Assembly: GCA_021735045.1 (NCBI GenBank)
Contig: JAIPHU010000012.1
Location: 3,917 to 35,916 of the forward strand
From: Candidatus Omnitrophota bacterium
Lineage (GTDB): Bacteria; Omnitrophota; Gorgyraeia; Duberdicusellales; 4484-171
Direction of reading: 5' to 3'
Length of the DNA stretch: 32,000 nt
In this document: positions 8,764 to 17,443 of the stretch, one piece after another
How positions within the stretch are numbered: the stretch's first letter is position 1
Layout: every line of letters starts with the position of its first letter
Notes under the pieces: model-generated
What the model was told of the DNA's origin: nothing
The model's database searches: none
Seen by the model: the letters and a program-made list of their open reading frames with translations, nothing else
Made by a program: the position numbers and the translations under genes

Positions 8764-8788
8764 TGTAGGGGCACGGCATGCTGTGCCC
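8760..8788 (+). repeat. GTAG-headed GC-rich hairpin fused to the tmk stop codon (REP-like; family 3, copy 1)
   Basis: ATAATGTAGGGGC (8760-8772) is identical to 25096-25108. Stem GGGCAC (8769-8774) pairs with GTGCCC (8783-8788). No T-tract follows. Confidence 0.6.
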
Positions 8789-8802
8789 GTACCTATCAAC
8801 CG

Positions 8803-10623
8803 ATGGAAAAATATGATGTTATTGTAGTTGGTGGTGGCCATGCTGGTATTGAAGCGGCTTTCGCCTCGGCTAAGATGAACTGTTCTGTATTGTTAGTTAG
8901 TCTTGACCTTGATGCAATTGGTAAACTTTCCTGTAATCCGGCTGTAGGCGGGGTAGCTAAAGGGGCATTGGTAAGAGAAGTAGATGCTCTGGGGGGTTTG
9001 ATTGGAAAAATTACTGATAGTTGTGCAGTTGGCTACAGGACTTTAAATAAGAGTAAAGGTAAAGCAGTTTGGGCAACACGAGCTCAAGTAGATATGTTTG
9101 CCTATCCGCAATTAGCAAGAACTTATCTAGATGATAATAAGAATATAGATATTTTACAAGCCAAGGCCGAAAAGATTATTAGTAAGGGTAGAAAAGTTTT
9201 AGGGATAAAAACTAATCTAGGCCAAGATATTTTTGCCAAAACTGTAATTATTGCTGCCGGTACTTTTTTAAAAAGTAAAATCCATATTGGACTAAATTCT
9301 TTTTCTGGTGGACGGATATCAGAAAACTCAAGTGATGAATTATTTGATTCGATTAAAGCCTTGGGTTTTAAAACTAAGCACTTTAAGACAGGTACCTGTG
9401 CTCGTTTAGATAAAAGAACAATTGATTTTAAAAAAATGCGCCGTCAGGTGCCAGATACAGATGTTTGCCCTTTTTCTTTTATTAACAAAAAAATCAACAA
9501 AAATAGAGTCAGTTGTTTTATTACCTATACTAACAAAAAGACTCATAAAATAATAAAAGATAATTTAAAGCTATCGCCTCTTTATACCGGATTAATTAAA
9601 TCTAGAGGAGTTAGGTATTGCCCCTCTCTTGAAGATAAAATTGTAAAGTTTCCTGATAAGGAAAAACATCAGATTTTTGTTGAACCAGAAGGCCTAAACT
9701 CATATGAAGTTTATCCTAATGGTATTTCAACTTCTCTGCCGTTAGAGGTCCAAAGAGAATTTATCCATTCGATAGCTGGTCTAGAAAAGGCAAAGATGGT
9801 TAGGCCAGGTTATGGTATAGAACACGGATTAATTGATAGCCGTCAACTTTTTGCCAGTCTTGAATCAGAAAGATATTCCGGATTATTTTTTGCCGGCCAA
9901 GTCAATGGAACTACTGGTTATGAAGAAGCAGCAGGACAAGGTTTGGTTGCTGGAATAAATGCGGCCTTAAAGGTAAAAGGCAAGAGGCCGTTTGTTTTAA
10001 ATAGAAACCAAGCTTACCTAGGAGTTTTAATTGATGATTTGGTAAAAAAAGGCACTGATGAACCCTATCGGATGTTTACTTCTCGCTGTGAGTTTAGACT
10101 TTCTTTGCGTGAAAGTAATGCTGATTTACGTCTTGGCAAAACTGGCTATCAATTAGGCTTGTTATCTAAAAAAGAATATCAACTGATAGAAAGAAAACAA
10201 AAAAAGATAGATAAGATTAAAGATAAACTAAAAAGTAAGAAAGCTAAAAAAATAAATAAACAAAAAAATTTATTCGATTTACTCAAGGAACCAAAGGTAA
10301 GTTTTGATAAGATAAAAAAAGAGATAGATGAAAAAAAGGTTTCTTTTGATATCGGAGCTGAAATAGAAATAGCTGCTAAATATAAAGGTTTTTTAAAGAG
10401 AGAAAAGGCGTGGCTTAAAGAACTTAAAAATTTAGATAAAATTAAGATAGCAAGAATAGACTATTTCCAAATTCCTTCTTTATCTAAAGAAGTTAGAGAA
10501 AAATTAAATAAGTTTAAGCCTAAAACTTTAGGTCAAGCTTTCCGAATTAGCGGGATCACCCCGGCTGCAGTTTTAACTGTCTATAATTTTATCAAAAAAA
10601 GAAAAAAGAAAACTTTTAAATAG
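8803..10623 (+). CDS. mnmG: tRNA uridine 5-carboxymethylaminomethyl modification enzyme MnmG (GidA)
   Basis: FAD motif YDVIVVGGGHAGIEAA, GRISE..., YCPSLEDKIV, GQVNGTTGYEEAAGQGLVAGINAA and a 606-aa length. Confidence 0.95.
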   Translation: MEKYDVIVVGGGHAGIEAAFASAKMNCSVLLVSLDLDAIGKLSCNPAVGGVAKGALVREVDALGGLIGKITDSCAVGYRTLNKSKGKAVWATRAQVDMFAYPQLARTYLDDNKNIDILQAKAEKIISKGRKVLGIKTNLGQDIFAKTVIIAAGTFLKSKIHIGLNSFSGGRISENSSDELFDSIKALGFKTKHFKTGTCARLDKRTIDFKKMRRQVPDTDVCPFSFINKKINKNRVSCFITYTNKKTHKIIKDNLKLSPLYTGLIKSRGVRYCPSLEDKIVKFPDKEKHQIFVEPEGLNSYEVYPNGISTSLPLEVQREFIHSIAGLEKAKMVRPGYGIEHGLIDSRQLFASLESERYSGLFFAGQVNGTTGYEEAAGQGLVAGINAALKVKGKRPFVLNRNQAYLGVLIDDLVKKGTDEPYRMFTSRCEFRLSLRESNADLRLGKTGYQLGLLSKKEYQLIERKQKKIDKIKDKLKSKKAKKINKQKNLFDLLKEPKVSFDKIKKEIDEKKVSFDIGAEIEIAAKYKGFLKREKAWLKELKNLDKIKIARIDYFQIPSLSKEVREKLNKFKPKTLGQAFRISGITPAAVLTVYNFIKKRKKKTFK

Positions 10624-10632
10624 GCCTTATCT

Positions 10633-11715
10633 TTATTTTAGGTTTAGATAATTACCGATATCTTCTGCGAATCTTGTAATTCCGTTATAGGGCGAGAGGA
10701 GTTGCTTAGCAGCTTTTAGTTTTTGGCGAAAAGAAATGTATTTTTCTTTATCTTTTAGATAACTAAGGCTAACTTTGGCAATATTTTCAGGGGTAGCTTG
10801 ATCTTGAAGAAGTTCAGGTACAATTTGTTTGTCGGCTAAAATATTTAACATCCCGGCATATTTTGTGTTTATAAGTTTTTTTAAAATATACCAGCTAAGC
10901 TTATTAACTTTATAGATTATTATGTGGGGAACTTCCAAGATAGCTGTTTCTACCGTAGCAGTACCTGAGGCAGCAATAACAAATTTTGATTTTGCTAAAA
11001 GTTGATAAGAATGATTAAAAATTTCTTCTTTCTTAAAATCATTGTATAATTTTTTACTAAGGCCTTTTGGTTTTATAACCTGAAACTTATATTCTGGTAA
11101 ATCTTTTTGTAAGAGTGATTTGGTTTTGGCTAAAAGTTTAAGATGGTTTTTTAGCTCATTTTTTCGTGAGCCCGGCAAAAAAGAAATTATTTTCTTTTTT
11201 TCTATCTGTTTTTGATTAATAATCTCCAGCAGAGGGTGGCCAAAGAAATCAACTTTCATCTGTTCTTTCTTATAAAGTTTTTTTTCAAAGTTAAAGATAG
11301 GAACCATCTTGTCTGTATATTTTTTAATTATTTTTATTCTTTTTTTTCTCCAGGCCCAAACTTGAGGGCTGACATAATAAAAAACCGGGTATTTATGGTT
11401 TATTTTTTTAGCTAAGCTGAGGTTAAAATCAGGAAAATCTATCAGAATTATTAAGTCGGGCTTGATCTTATTTATTTGGTTGATTGTCTGGTCAAATAAG
11501 TTTTTAAATTTAGCTAAGGATGAAATGACCTCAATTAAGCCACAAACAGAATGTGATACTAAATCGATTAATTGATGCGAATTTTTAGCAAGAACTTTGC
11601 CTCCAAAGGAATAAATTTGACAAGAATTAAACTTTTGATTTATTTTTTTAGCTAAATTTCCTCCGTAGAGGTCTCCGGATGTATCTCCTGCAATAAGAAC
11701 TATTTTTTGCATCAC
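10633..11715 (-). CDS. lpxB: lipid-A-disaccharide synthase
   Basis: N-terminal IAGDTSGDLYGGNL (the LpxB GExSGD-type motif), a GT-B-like length of 360 aa, YYVSPQVWAWR and GTATVETAILEVP. Confidence 0.85.
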   Translation of the reverse strand: MMQKIVLIAGDTSGDLYGGNLAKKINQKFNSCQIYSFGGKVLAKNSHQLIDLVSHSVCGLIEVISSLAKFKNLFDQTINQINKIKPDLIILIDFPDFNLSLAKKINHKYPVFYYVSPQVWAWRKKRIKIIKKYTDKMVPIFNFEKKLYKKEQMKVDFFGHPLLEIINQKQIEKKKIISFLPGSRKNELKNHLKLLAKTKSLLQKDLPEYKFQVIKPKGLSKKLYNDFKKEEIFNHSYQLLAKSKFVIAASGTATVETAILEVPHIIIYKVNKLSWYILKKLINTKYAGMLNILADKQIVPELLQDQATPENIAKVSLSYLKDKEKYISFRQKLKAAKQLLSPYNGITRFAEDIGNYLNLK

Positions 11716-12656
11716 TAACTAGGATTAATTTTTAAGATTTTTTCGATCTTGGTTGCAGCCAGCAGTGCATCTTTTGCTGCTTTTGCATAGGAGCTATCAA
11801 AATCTTTTTTAATTACTAGATGAATAAAATGGCCTATTTCTTTTTTTAGAGGTTCTTCTTTTTCAATTTTTAAGGTTTGGCAAGATATCTGGCTTTTGTC
11901 TTTTTGGTAAACTTCAACGCTTTGATTTGCATAATCAATTGATATATATTTATTAGGCATAAATATTCTTATCTTCCTTTCTTTTTTTGAAGAGATTCGC
12001 GAAGAAGTTATATTGGCTACACAGCCTTTTTTAAAACTGATTCTGCAGTTAGCGATGTCTTCTGTTTCCGAGAGAACTTTAACTCCTTTGGCCTCTATTT
12101 TTTTTATTTTACTTTGTGCTAAATCCAGGATTATGTCTAGGTCATGGATCATTAAATCAAGCACCACGCTTACATCAAGTGAACGGTGGGGATAGGGGCT
12201 AAGCCGGTGGCATTCAATAAACAAAGGGTTTTTAATAGTTTCCTTGGCTTTAAGGTAAGCACTGTTGTATCTTTCTACATGGCCGACAAACAGAAGCGTT
12301 TTATTTTTTTGAGCAAGTTTAACCAATTTTTCAGCTTGTTTTGGTTTTTTGGTTATTGGTTTTTCAACTAAAACCGGTATTTTGTTTTTTAAAAAAAATG
12401 AGGCAATGGCAAAATGAGTTGAAGTAGGAGTTGCAATGCTAACCAAGTCTACTTTATTTTTTAAATCGTGATAATCAGAATAAGCAGGAAGGCCGTGATT
12501 TTCCAATTTTTTTTTGTCTGTATCGACAAGGTATATTTTTTCTATATCTTTTGATTCCTTATAGATACGCAAGTGGATTGAACCAAGTTTTCCTAAGCCG
12601 ATTACTGCTACTTTTAACATAAAATTTATATTATCAGAGAACTTGAGAAAAGTCAA
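11715..12656 (-). CDS. Gfo/Idh/MocA-family NAD-dependent oxidoreductase (possible GnnA-like UDP-GlcNAc 3-dehydrogenase); TTG start at 12656 or ATG at 12620
   Basis: Rossmann motif KVAVIGLGKLGSIH and the EKP motif (VLVEKPITK). It overlaps the lpxB start by 1 nt, so the two are co-transcribed. Confidence 0.7.
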   Translation of the reverse strand: MTFLKFSDNINFMLKVAVIGLGKLGSIHLRIYKESKDIEKIYLVDTDKKKLENHGLPAYSDYHDLKNKVDLVSIATPTSTHFAIASFFLKNKIPVLVEKPITKKPKQAEKLVKLAQKNKTLLFVGHVERYNSAYLKAKETIKNPLFIECHRLSPYPHRSLDVSVVLDLMIHDLDIILDLAQSKIKKIEAKGVKVLSETEDIANCRISFKKGCVANITSSRISSKKERKIRIFMPNKYISIDYANQSVEVYQKDKSQISCQTLKIEKEEPLKKEIGHFIHLVIKKDFDSSYAKAAKDALLAATKIEKILKINPS

Positions 12657-12720
12657 TTAATGTGGTAAAATCCCTCACCGCAAGATAAGCTAAGGCATAA
12701 AAATAAAGGGAAAAACAAAA

Positions 12721-14538
12721 ATGAAAGGGCATCTAAAAGAATATTTTAAACTATTACAATTCGCAAAAGGCCAAAGGTTCTGGTTATTTTTAGCAATTGT
12801 TTGTATGGGGATTACTACTCTTTTTGAAGGGGTAAGCTTAGGGTTAATTATTCCGGTTTCTGACCGGGTTTTAACTAATAAAAAAATAGTAATACCCGGA
12901 GAACTCCCGGATTTTTTAAGCAATTTTATCGATAAGCTAAATGCTATTGAACCGGTGATGTTTTTAAAGCTGATTGTTGTTTTTATCCCTTTGATTTTTC
13001 TGATTAAGGGTATTTTTACTTTTTTACAAAATTACTTTATGAATATTGTTGGCCAGCAAGTAATCTATGAAGTAAGAAACCGGCTTTTTGATAAGTTTCA
13101 CCAGCTTTCCATGAATTTTTATGCTAAAAAAAGAATGGGGGAGCTTATGTCTAGAATTACCAATGATGTAGCAATTATAACCAACGCTATTTCCTATGCC
13201 TTAAAAGATCTTTTATTTGAATCAATGAAGGTGTTTATTTTTGCAATTTTAGCTTTTTATATTGGGTTTAAAATATCTTGGAAGTTGCCCCTGGTTGCTT
13301 TTATCCTTTTCCCCTTAATTATGTTTCCGGTAATCCGACTGGGAAAACGGATTAAAAAGTTTACCAAAACCATGCAAGAAAAAATGGCAGATCTAAACTC
13401 TTTGATGGCAGATACAATCGGGGGGATGTATATTGTAAAAGCTTTTTCACGTCAAAATCATGAAAGACGGCGGTTTAGAAATATAAACTATGGCTACTAT
13501 AAATATAATCTAAAAGCAATAAAAAGAGAAATTACTATTTCTCCTTTGACAGAGTTTACTGCTACTATTGGAGTGGTTTTTGTACTTTGGGTCGTGGGAA
13601 ATGAAGTTATTTCAGGGAGAGTGTCTTTTGGTATTTTTGGGGCTTTTATGGCTTATTTGATGTCAATGATTAGGCCGCTCAAAAAGCTGTCGAATGTTTA
13701 TGCAATCAATCAAAAAGCTTTAGCTGCATCAGCAAGAATCTATGATATTTTAGAGGAAACTCCTCAAATAGAGGAGAGGAAAAATCCAGAGGATATAAAA
13801 GAAATTAAGGATTCTATAGAGTTTAAAGATGTTCAATTTAGATATAGTCCAGATGATGATCTGGTTTTAGAAGATATTAACTTAAAAGTAAAAAAAGGAG
13901 AAGTAGTTGCTTTAGTAGGGCCTTCGGGCGCTGGAAAGACCACTTTAGTCAATCTTTTGCCTCGGTTTTACGATCCGCAAAAAGGGGTCGTTAAGATTGA
14001 TCAAAGGGATATAAAAGCTGTTAAGATTGAGTCTTTGCGAGAGTTAATCTCGATAGTTTCACAACAAACTGTGCTTTTTCATTCAACTGTGGGAGAAAAT
14101 ATTGCTTACGGTAAGGAAGGGGCGACTTTTGAGCAAGTAAAAGAAGCTGCAAAAAAAGCTCATGCTTATGAATTTATTGAACAATTTCCTAAAAAATTCG
14201 ATACAGTTATAGGAGATAGAGGAGTTAAGCTTTCGGGGGGGCAAAAACAAAGGATATCTATTGCGCGAGCCATTCTTAAAGATGCGCCAATTTTAATCTT
14301 AGATGAAGCTACCAGTCAGCTTGATTCTATTTCAGAGAAGTTTATCAAAGAAGCATTAACAATACTGATGAGGGGCAAGACTACTTTTGTAATTGCTCAT
14401 CGGTTATCTACTGTAGAGGAAGCAGATTTGATTGTAGTTTTAGATAAAGGAAAAATTAAAGAAACGGGTACCCATAAATCTCTGATAGCCGGTGATACTG
14501 CCTATAAAAGGTTATATGAGCTTCAGTTTAACATATAA
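12721..14538 (+). CDS. msbA: MsbA-like ABC exporter (fused TMD-NBD, lipid A/lipid flippase family)
   Basis: Six-helix TMD followed by an NBD with Walker A GPSGAGKTT, signature LSGGQKQRISIARA and Walker B ILILDEATSQLD. It is divergent from the lpxB operon. Confidence 0.7.
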   Translation: MKGHLKEYFKLLQFAKGQRFWLFLAIVCMGITTLFEGVSLGLIIPVSDRVLTNKKIVIPGELPDFLSNFIDKLNAIEPVMFLKLIVVFIPLIFLIKGIFTFLQNYFMNIVGQQVIYEVRNRLFDKFHQLSMNFYAKKRMGELMSRITNDVAIITNAISYALKDLLFESMKVFIFAILAFYIGFKISWKLPLVAFILFPLIMFPVIRLGKRIKKFTKTMQEKMADLNSLMADTIGGMYIVKAFSRQNHERRRFRNINYGYYKYNLKAIKREITISPLTEFTATIGVVFVLWVVGNEVISGRVSFGIFGAFMAYLMSMIRPLKKLSNVYAINQKALAASARIYDILEETPQIEERKNPEDIKEIKDSIEFKDVQFRYSPDDDLVLEDINLKVKKGEVVALVGPSGAGKTTLVNLLPRFYDPQKGVVKIDQRDIKAVKIESLRELISIVSQQTVLFHSTVGENIAYGKEGATFEQVKEAAKKAHAYEFIEQFPKKFDTVIGDRGVKLSGGQKQRISIARAILKDAPILILDEATSQLDSISEKFIKEALTILMRGKTTFVIAHRLSTVEEADLIVVLDKGKIKETGTHKSLIAGDTAYKRLYELQFNI

Positions 14539-14548
14539 TAATAAATAA

Positions 14549-14576
14549 TTGAAAATATTAGTGAATATGATATACT
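14549..14576 (+). promoter_or_regulatory. candidate sigma70-type promoter for rpsB-tsf (TTGAAA, 16 nt spacer, TATACT)
   Basis: TTGAAA at 14549-14554 and TATACT at 14571-14576. This is the only good -35/-10 pair in the 184-nt gap upstream of rpsB. Confidence 0.4.
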
Positions 14577-14722
14577 TTTCAAATGAATCTTACTCCTTGA
14601 CAACCAAATTGTCCAGGAAGCACATTTGTCAAGGGGTTAATTCATAGACGGCTTTTGCCCTATGATTTATTAAATTTAGTAAAATTTTATAAATAATCTG
14701 CTCATTAAAGGAGGAAAAAATA
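14577..14722 (+). promoter_or_regulatory. structured rpsB 5' leader (candidate S2 autoregulatory RNA)
   Basis: An 11-bp stem, CTCCTTGACAA (14592-14602) with TTGTCAAGGGG (14625-14635), is enclosed by ATGAAT (14583-14588) pairing with ATTCAT (14639-14644). A second hairpin, CATAGACGGCTTTTGCCCTATG (14642-14663), follows, and then the SD AAAGGAGG. Confidence 0.4.
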
Positions 14723-15595
14723 ATGGGATTGACTGATACTATTAAAAAAATGTTAGAAGGAGGGGTGCATTTTGGCCATCTTAAGCGCAATTGGAACCCT
14801 AAAATGCAAAAATTTATCTTTGGTAGGAAAAAGAATATCTATATTATTGATTTAGAAAAAACTACTAAAATGCTTGATCAAGCTAAAGAATTTTTAAAGG
14901 AAACAGCTAAATCAGGTGGAACCATTCTTTTTGTAGGTACTAAAAGACAAATTAGGCCGGTAATAAAAGAGTTAGCCAATTCTTGTGATATGCCATATGT
15001 AGACCAAAAATGGGTAGGAGGCTTACTTACTAATTTTTCTACTATAAAAAAACGCCTGCAGAGATATCTAGAACTTCTTGATATGCGTCAAAAAGGTGAG
15101 TTTGATAATATTCCCAGTAAAGAAGTGGTTCGCCTAAATCGTCAAATTAGCCGTATGGATAAAAATTATAGTGGGCTGAGCACCTTAAAAACTTTACCTG
15201 ATTGTGTATTTGTTGTGGATCCAAAAAGGGAAAAAGCTTGTGCGAGAGAAGCTGCGAAATTGTCTATTCCTTTAGTAGCTTTAATTGATACAGATGCCAA
15301 CCCTGAAGAGGTAGATTATCCTATACCTGGTAATGATGATGCAATTAGGTCTGTGAAATTTATTGTTAGTTCTTTAGTCGAGGCAGTAAATGAAGGACGA
15401 GAGCAATATCATACGATAGAGAAAAAAGAAGATCTTCAAAAAGAAGAAGAAACAGAAAATCAGGAAGAAGAGAAAAAAGAAGAAGCTAAAAATCAAAAAA
15501 CAGAAGAAAATAAAACTAGAGATAAAAAAGAAAAAAAGACAAAAGAAAAAGAGGATGAAGACCGAAAAGAAAATAAAGAGGAGGAAAAGGAATAG
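14723..15595 (+). CDS. rpsB: 30S ribosomal protein S2 with a 58-aa K/E-rich C-terminal tail
   Basis: MLEGGVHFGHLKRNWNPKM, GGTILFVGTKRQ, WVGGLLTNF and LIDTDANPE, with a strong SD. Confidence 0.95.
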   Translation: MGLTDTIKKMLEGGVHFGHLKRNWNPKMQKFIFGRKKNIYIIDLEKTTKMLDQAKEFLKETAKSGGTILFVGTKRQIRPVIKELANSCDMPYVDQKWVGGLLTNFSTIKKRLQRYLELLDMRQKGEFDNIPSKEVVRLNRQISRMDKNYSGLSTLKTLPDCVFVVDPKREKACAREAAKLSIPLVALIDTDANPEEVDYPIPGNDDAIRSVKFIVSSLVEAVNEGREQYHTIEKKEDLQKEEETENQEEEKKEEAKNQKTEENKTRDKKEKKTKEKEDEDRKENKEEEKE

Positions 15596-16126
15596 ATGAG
15601 TTTAGAAGATATAAAAAAACTAAGAGAAAAAACTTCATTAGGTGTAAATGACTGTAAAGAGGCGTTACAAGAAGCAGAAGGAGATTTTTCTAAAGCGCTT
15701 AAGGTGCTTAGAGCTAAAGGTGCAGATGTTTTAAAAAAGAAAGGTGAGCGGGCAACTTCCCAAGGGGTAATAGAGTCTTATGTTCATTTTGGTGGCAACA
15801 TTGGAGTTTTAGTTGAGGTTAATTGTGAAACTGATTTTGTAGCCAGAAATGATTTATTTAAAAAGTTTGCAAAAGATGTAGCTATGCATGTTGCAGCTTT
15901 ATCACCTGAGTATGTAAGTAAAGATCAAGTTTCTCAAGAGATTTTGGAACAAGTAAAAAATAAAGAAGAATATATTAAAAAGAACTGTTTGCTAGAACAG
16001 CCTTTTGTTAAAGATTCTTCACTAACGGTTTCTGACTATTTAAAAAAAGTTGTTTCGCAAACTGGAGAAAATATTAAAATAGAGCGTTTTGTTCGTTTTG
16101 TTGTCGGAGAAGACGATGAAAGCTAA
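15596..16126 (+). CDS. tsf: elongation factor Ts (short form, 176 aa)
   Basis: UBA-like N-terminus IKKLREKTSLGVNDCKEAL, the core VLVEVNCETDFVARN and LLEQPFVKD. It immediately follows rpsB. Confidence 0.9.
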   Translation: MSLEDIKKLREKTSLGVNDCKEALQEAEGDFSKALKVLRAKGADVLKKKGERATSQGVIESYVHFGGNIGVLVEVNCETDFVARNDLFKKFAKDVAMHVAALSPEYVSKDQVSQEILEQVKNKEEYIKKNCLLEQPFVKDSSLTVSDYLKKVVSQTGENIKIERFVRFVVGEDDES

Positions 16127-16829
16127 ATATAGGCGTATTTTGCTCAAAATTAGCGGAGAAGCATTTTTGGGGAAGTTTTCTCATGGGATTGATACTGCAA
16201 TATGTGCTCATCTTGCCAAACAAATCAAAGAATTAACTAAGTTAGGCACTGAAATTGCTTTAGTTGTTGGTGGAGGAAATATTTTCAGAGGAATGCCTAA
16301 GTCAAAAGAGTTTAAGATGGAGAGAACTGTTGCCGATTATATGGGGATGATCGCAACAGTTATAAATGGCTTAGCTTTACAAAATGCTCTTGAGAATGAA
16401 AATATTGATTCTAGAGTTATGACTGCCATATCGATGGATAAAGTGGCAGAGCCTTATATTCGGAGACGGGCCATGAGGCATCTTGAGAAAAAAAGAGTTG
16501 TTATATTTGTGGCTGGCACGGGAAATCCTTATTTTACTACCGATACTGCTGCTTCTTTACGCAGTGTTGAGATTGGAGCAGATGCTTTATTTAAAGCAAC
16601 AAAAGTTGATGGGGTTTATTCTAGTGACCCTTTAGAAGATAAAGGAGCTAAGTTGTTTAAGCAGCTTAGCTACATTGATGTAATTAACAAAGAACTTAAA
16701 ATCATGGATTCAACAGCAATTACTTTATGTATGGAGAATAAACTGCCGATTACTGTTTTTAACTTTACAAAATCTGGTAATTTAAAAAAAGCTGTTTCCG
16801 GACAAAAGATAGGTACACTTATTGGTTAA
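16116..16829 (+). CDS. pyrH: UMP kinase (ATG at 16116 preferred over TTG at 16089)
   Basis: YRRILLKISGEA, VVGGGNIFRG, FVAGTGNPYFTTDTAA and KATKVDGVYSSDP. SD GGAGA lies 6 nt before the 16116 ATG, which overlaps the end of tsf. Confidence 0.9.
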   Translation: MKAKYRRILLKISGEAFLGKFSHGIDTAICAHLAKQIKELTKLGTEIALVVGGGNIFRGMPKSKEFKMERTVADYMGMIATVINGLALQNALENENIDSRVMTAISMDKVAEPYIRRRAMRHLEKKRVVIFVAGTGNPYFTTDTAASLRSVEIGADALFKATKVDGVYSSDPLEDKGAKLFKQLSYIDVINKELKIMDSTAITLCMENKLPITVFNFTKSGNLKKAVSGQKIGTLIG

Positions 16830-16859
16830 TTGGTTAATTGGTGAGTAGTCAATTGGTTA
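16821..16859. repeat. octamer array ATTGGTTA (x2 perfect, one ATTGGTGA variant, one more copy after a 7-nt spacer) spanning the pyrH stop
   Basis: ATTGGTTA at 16821-16828 and 16829-16836, ATTGGTGA at 16837-16844 and ATTGGTTA at 16852-16859. The pyrH TAA (16827-16829) lies in the array. Segment 16829-16848 matches 17956-17975 at 18 of 20 positions. Confidence 0.75.
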
Positions 16860-16876
16860 ATTAAAGAGGGGGAAGA

Positions 16877-17437
16877 ATGAGGATTGCAGAGTTAATAGCG
16901 GAAATAGAAAAAAATATGGAAAAAGCCATTGAAGCTACCAAAAGAGAGTTTTCAGAACTGCGTTCAGGTAGAGCAAATCCCAAAATGGTAGAAGGGATTA
17001 GGGTTAACTACTATGGTGCTCCTACTTTACTTAAAGAACTTGCTACTATAGGTGTTCCAGAAGCTAGAATGTTAGTTATCAGCCCTTATGACCCATCTTC
17101 TCTAGGAGAAGTAGAAAAAGCTATTTTACAGTCAGATTTGGGTATTACTCCAATAAATGATGGTAAGATAATTCGTTTGGTAGTACCACCTTTGTCAGAA
17201 GAAAGGAGAGACGAACTGATAAAAATGGTAAAGAAAATAGCTGAAGAAGGAAAAGTATCGATAAGAACCATAAGAAGAGGTGGAAGGGAAGATATAAAAA
17301 ATTTAGAAAAGAAAAAAGAAATTTCAGAAGATGATAAATACAGTGCAGAAGAACAACTACAAAAGTTGACCGACCAATATATAAAAAAAATCGACACTAT
17401 TTTAGAAGAAAAAGAAAAAGAATTAAAAGAGTTTTAA
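16877..17437 (+). CDS. frr: ribosome recycling factor
   Basis: Typical length of 186 aa, with RSGRANPKMVEGIRVNYYG, ITPINDGKIIRLVVPPLSEERR and IRTIRR. Confidence 0.95.
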   Translation: MRIAELIAEIEKNMEKAIEATKREFSELRSGRANPKMVEGIRVNYYGAPTLLKELATIGVPEARMLVISPYDPSSLGEVEKAILQSDLGITPINDGKIIRLVVPPLSEERRDELIKMVKKIAEEGKVSIRTIRRGGREDIKNLEKKKEISEDDKYSAEEQLQKLTDQYIKKIDTILEEKEKELKEF

Positions 17438-17443
17438 ATGGTA

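Noticed and set aside
10624-10632. Convergent mnmG and lpxB ends are only 9 nt apart, with no terminator hairpin.
   Set aside because: This is noted as compact genome organisation. There is nothing in the sequence to analyse further, and overlapping convergent transcripts are common in dense genomes.
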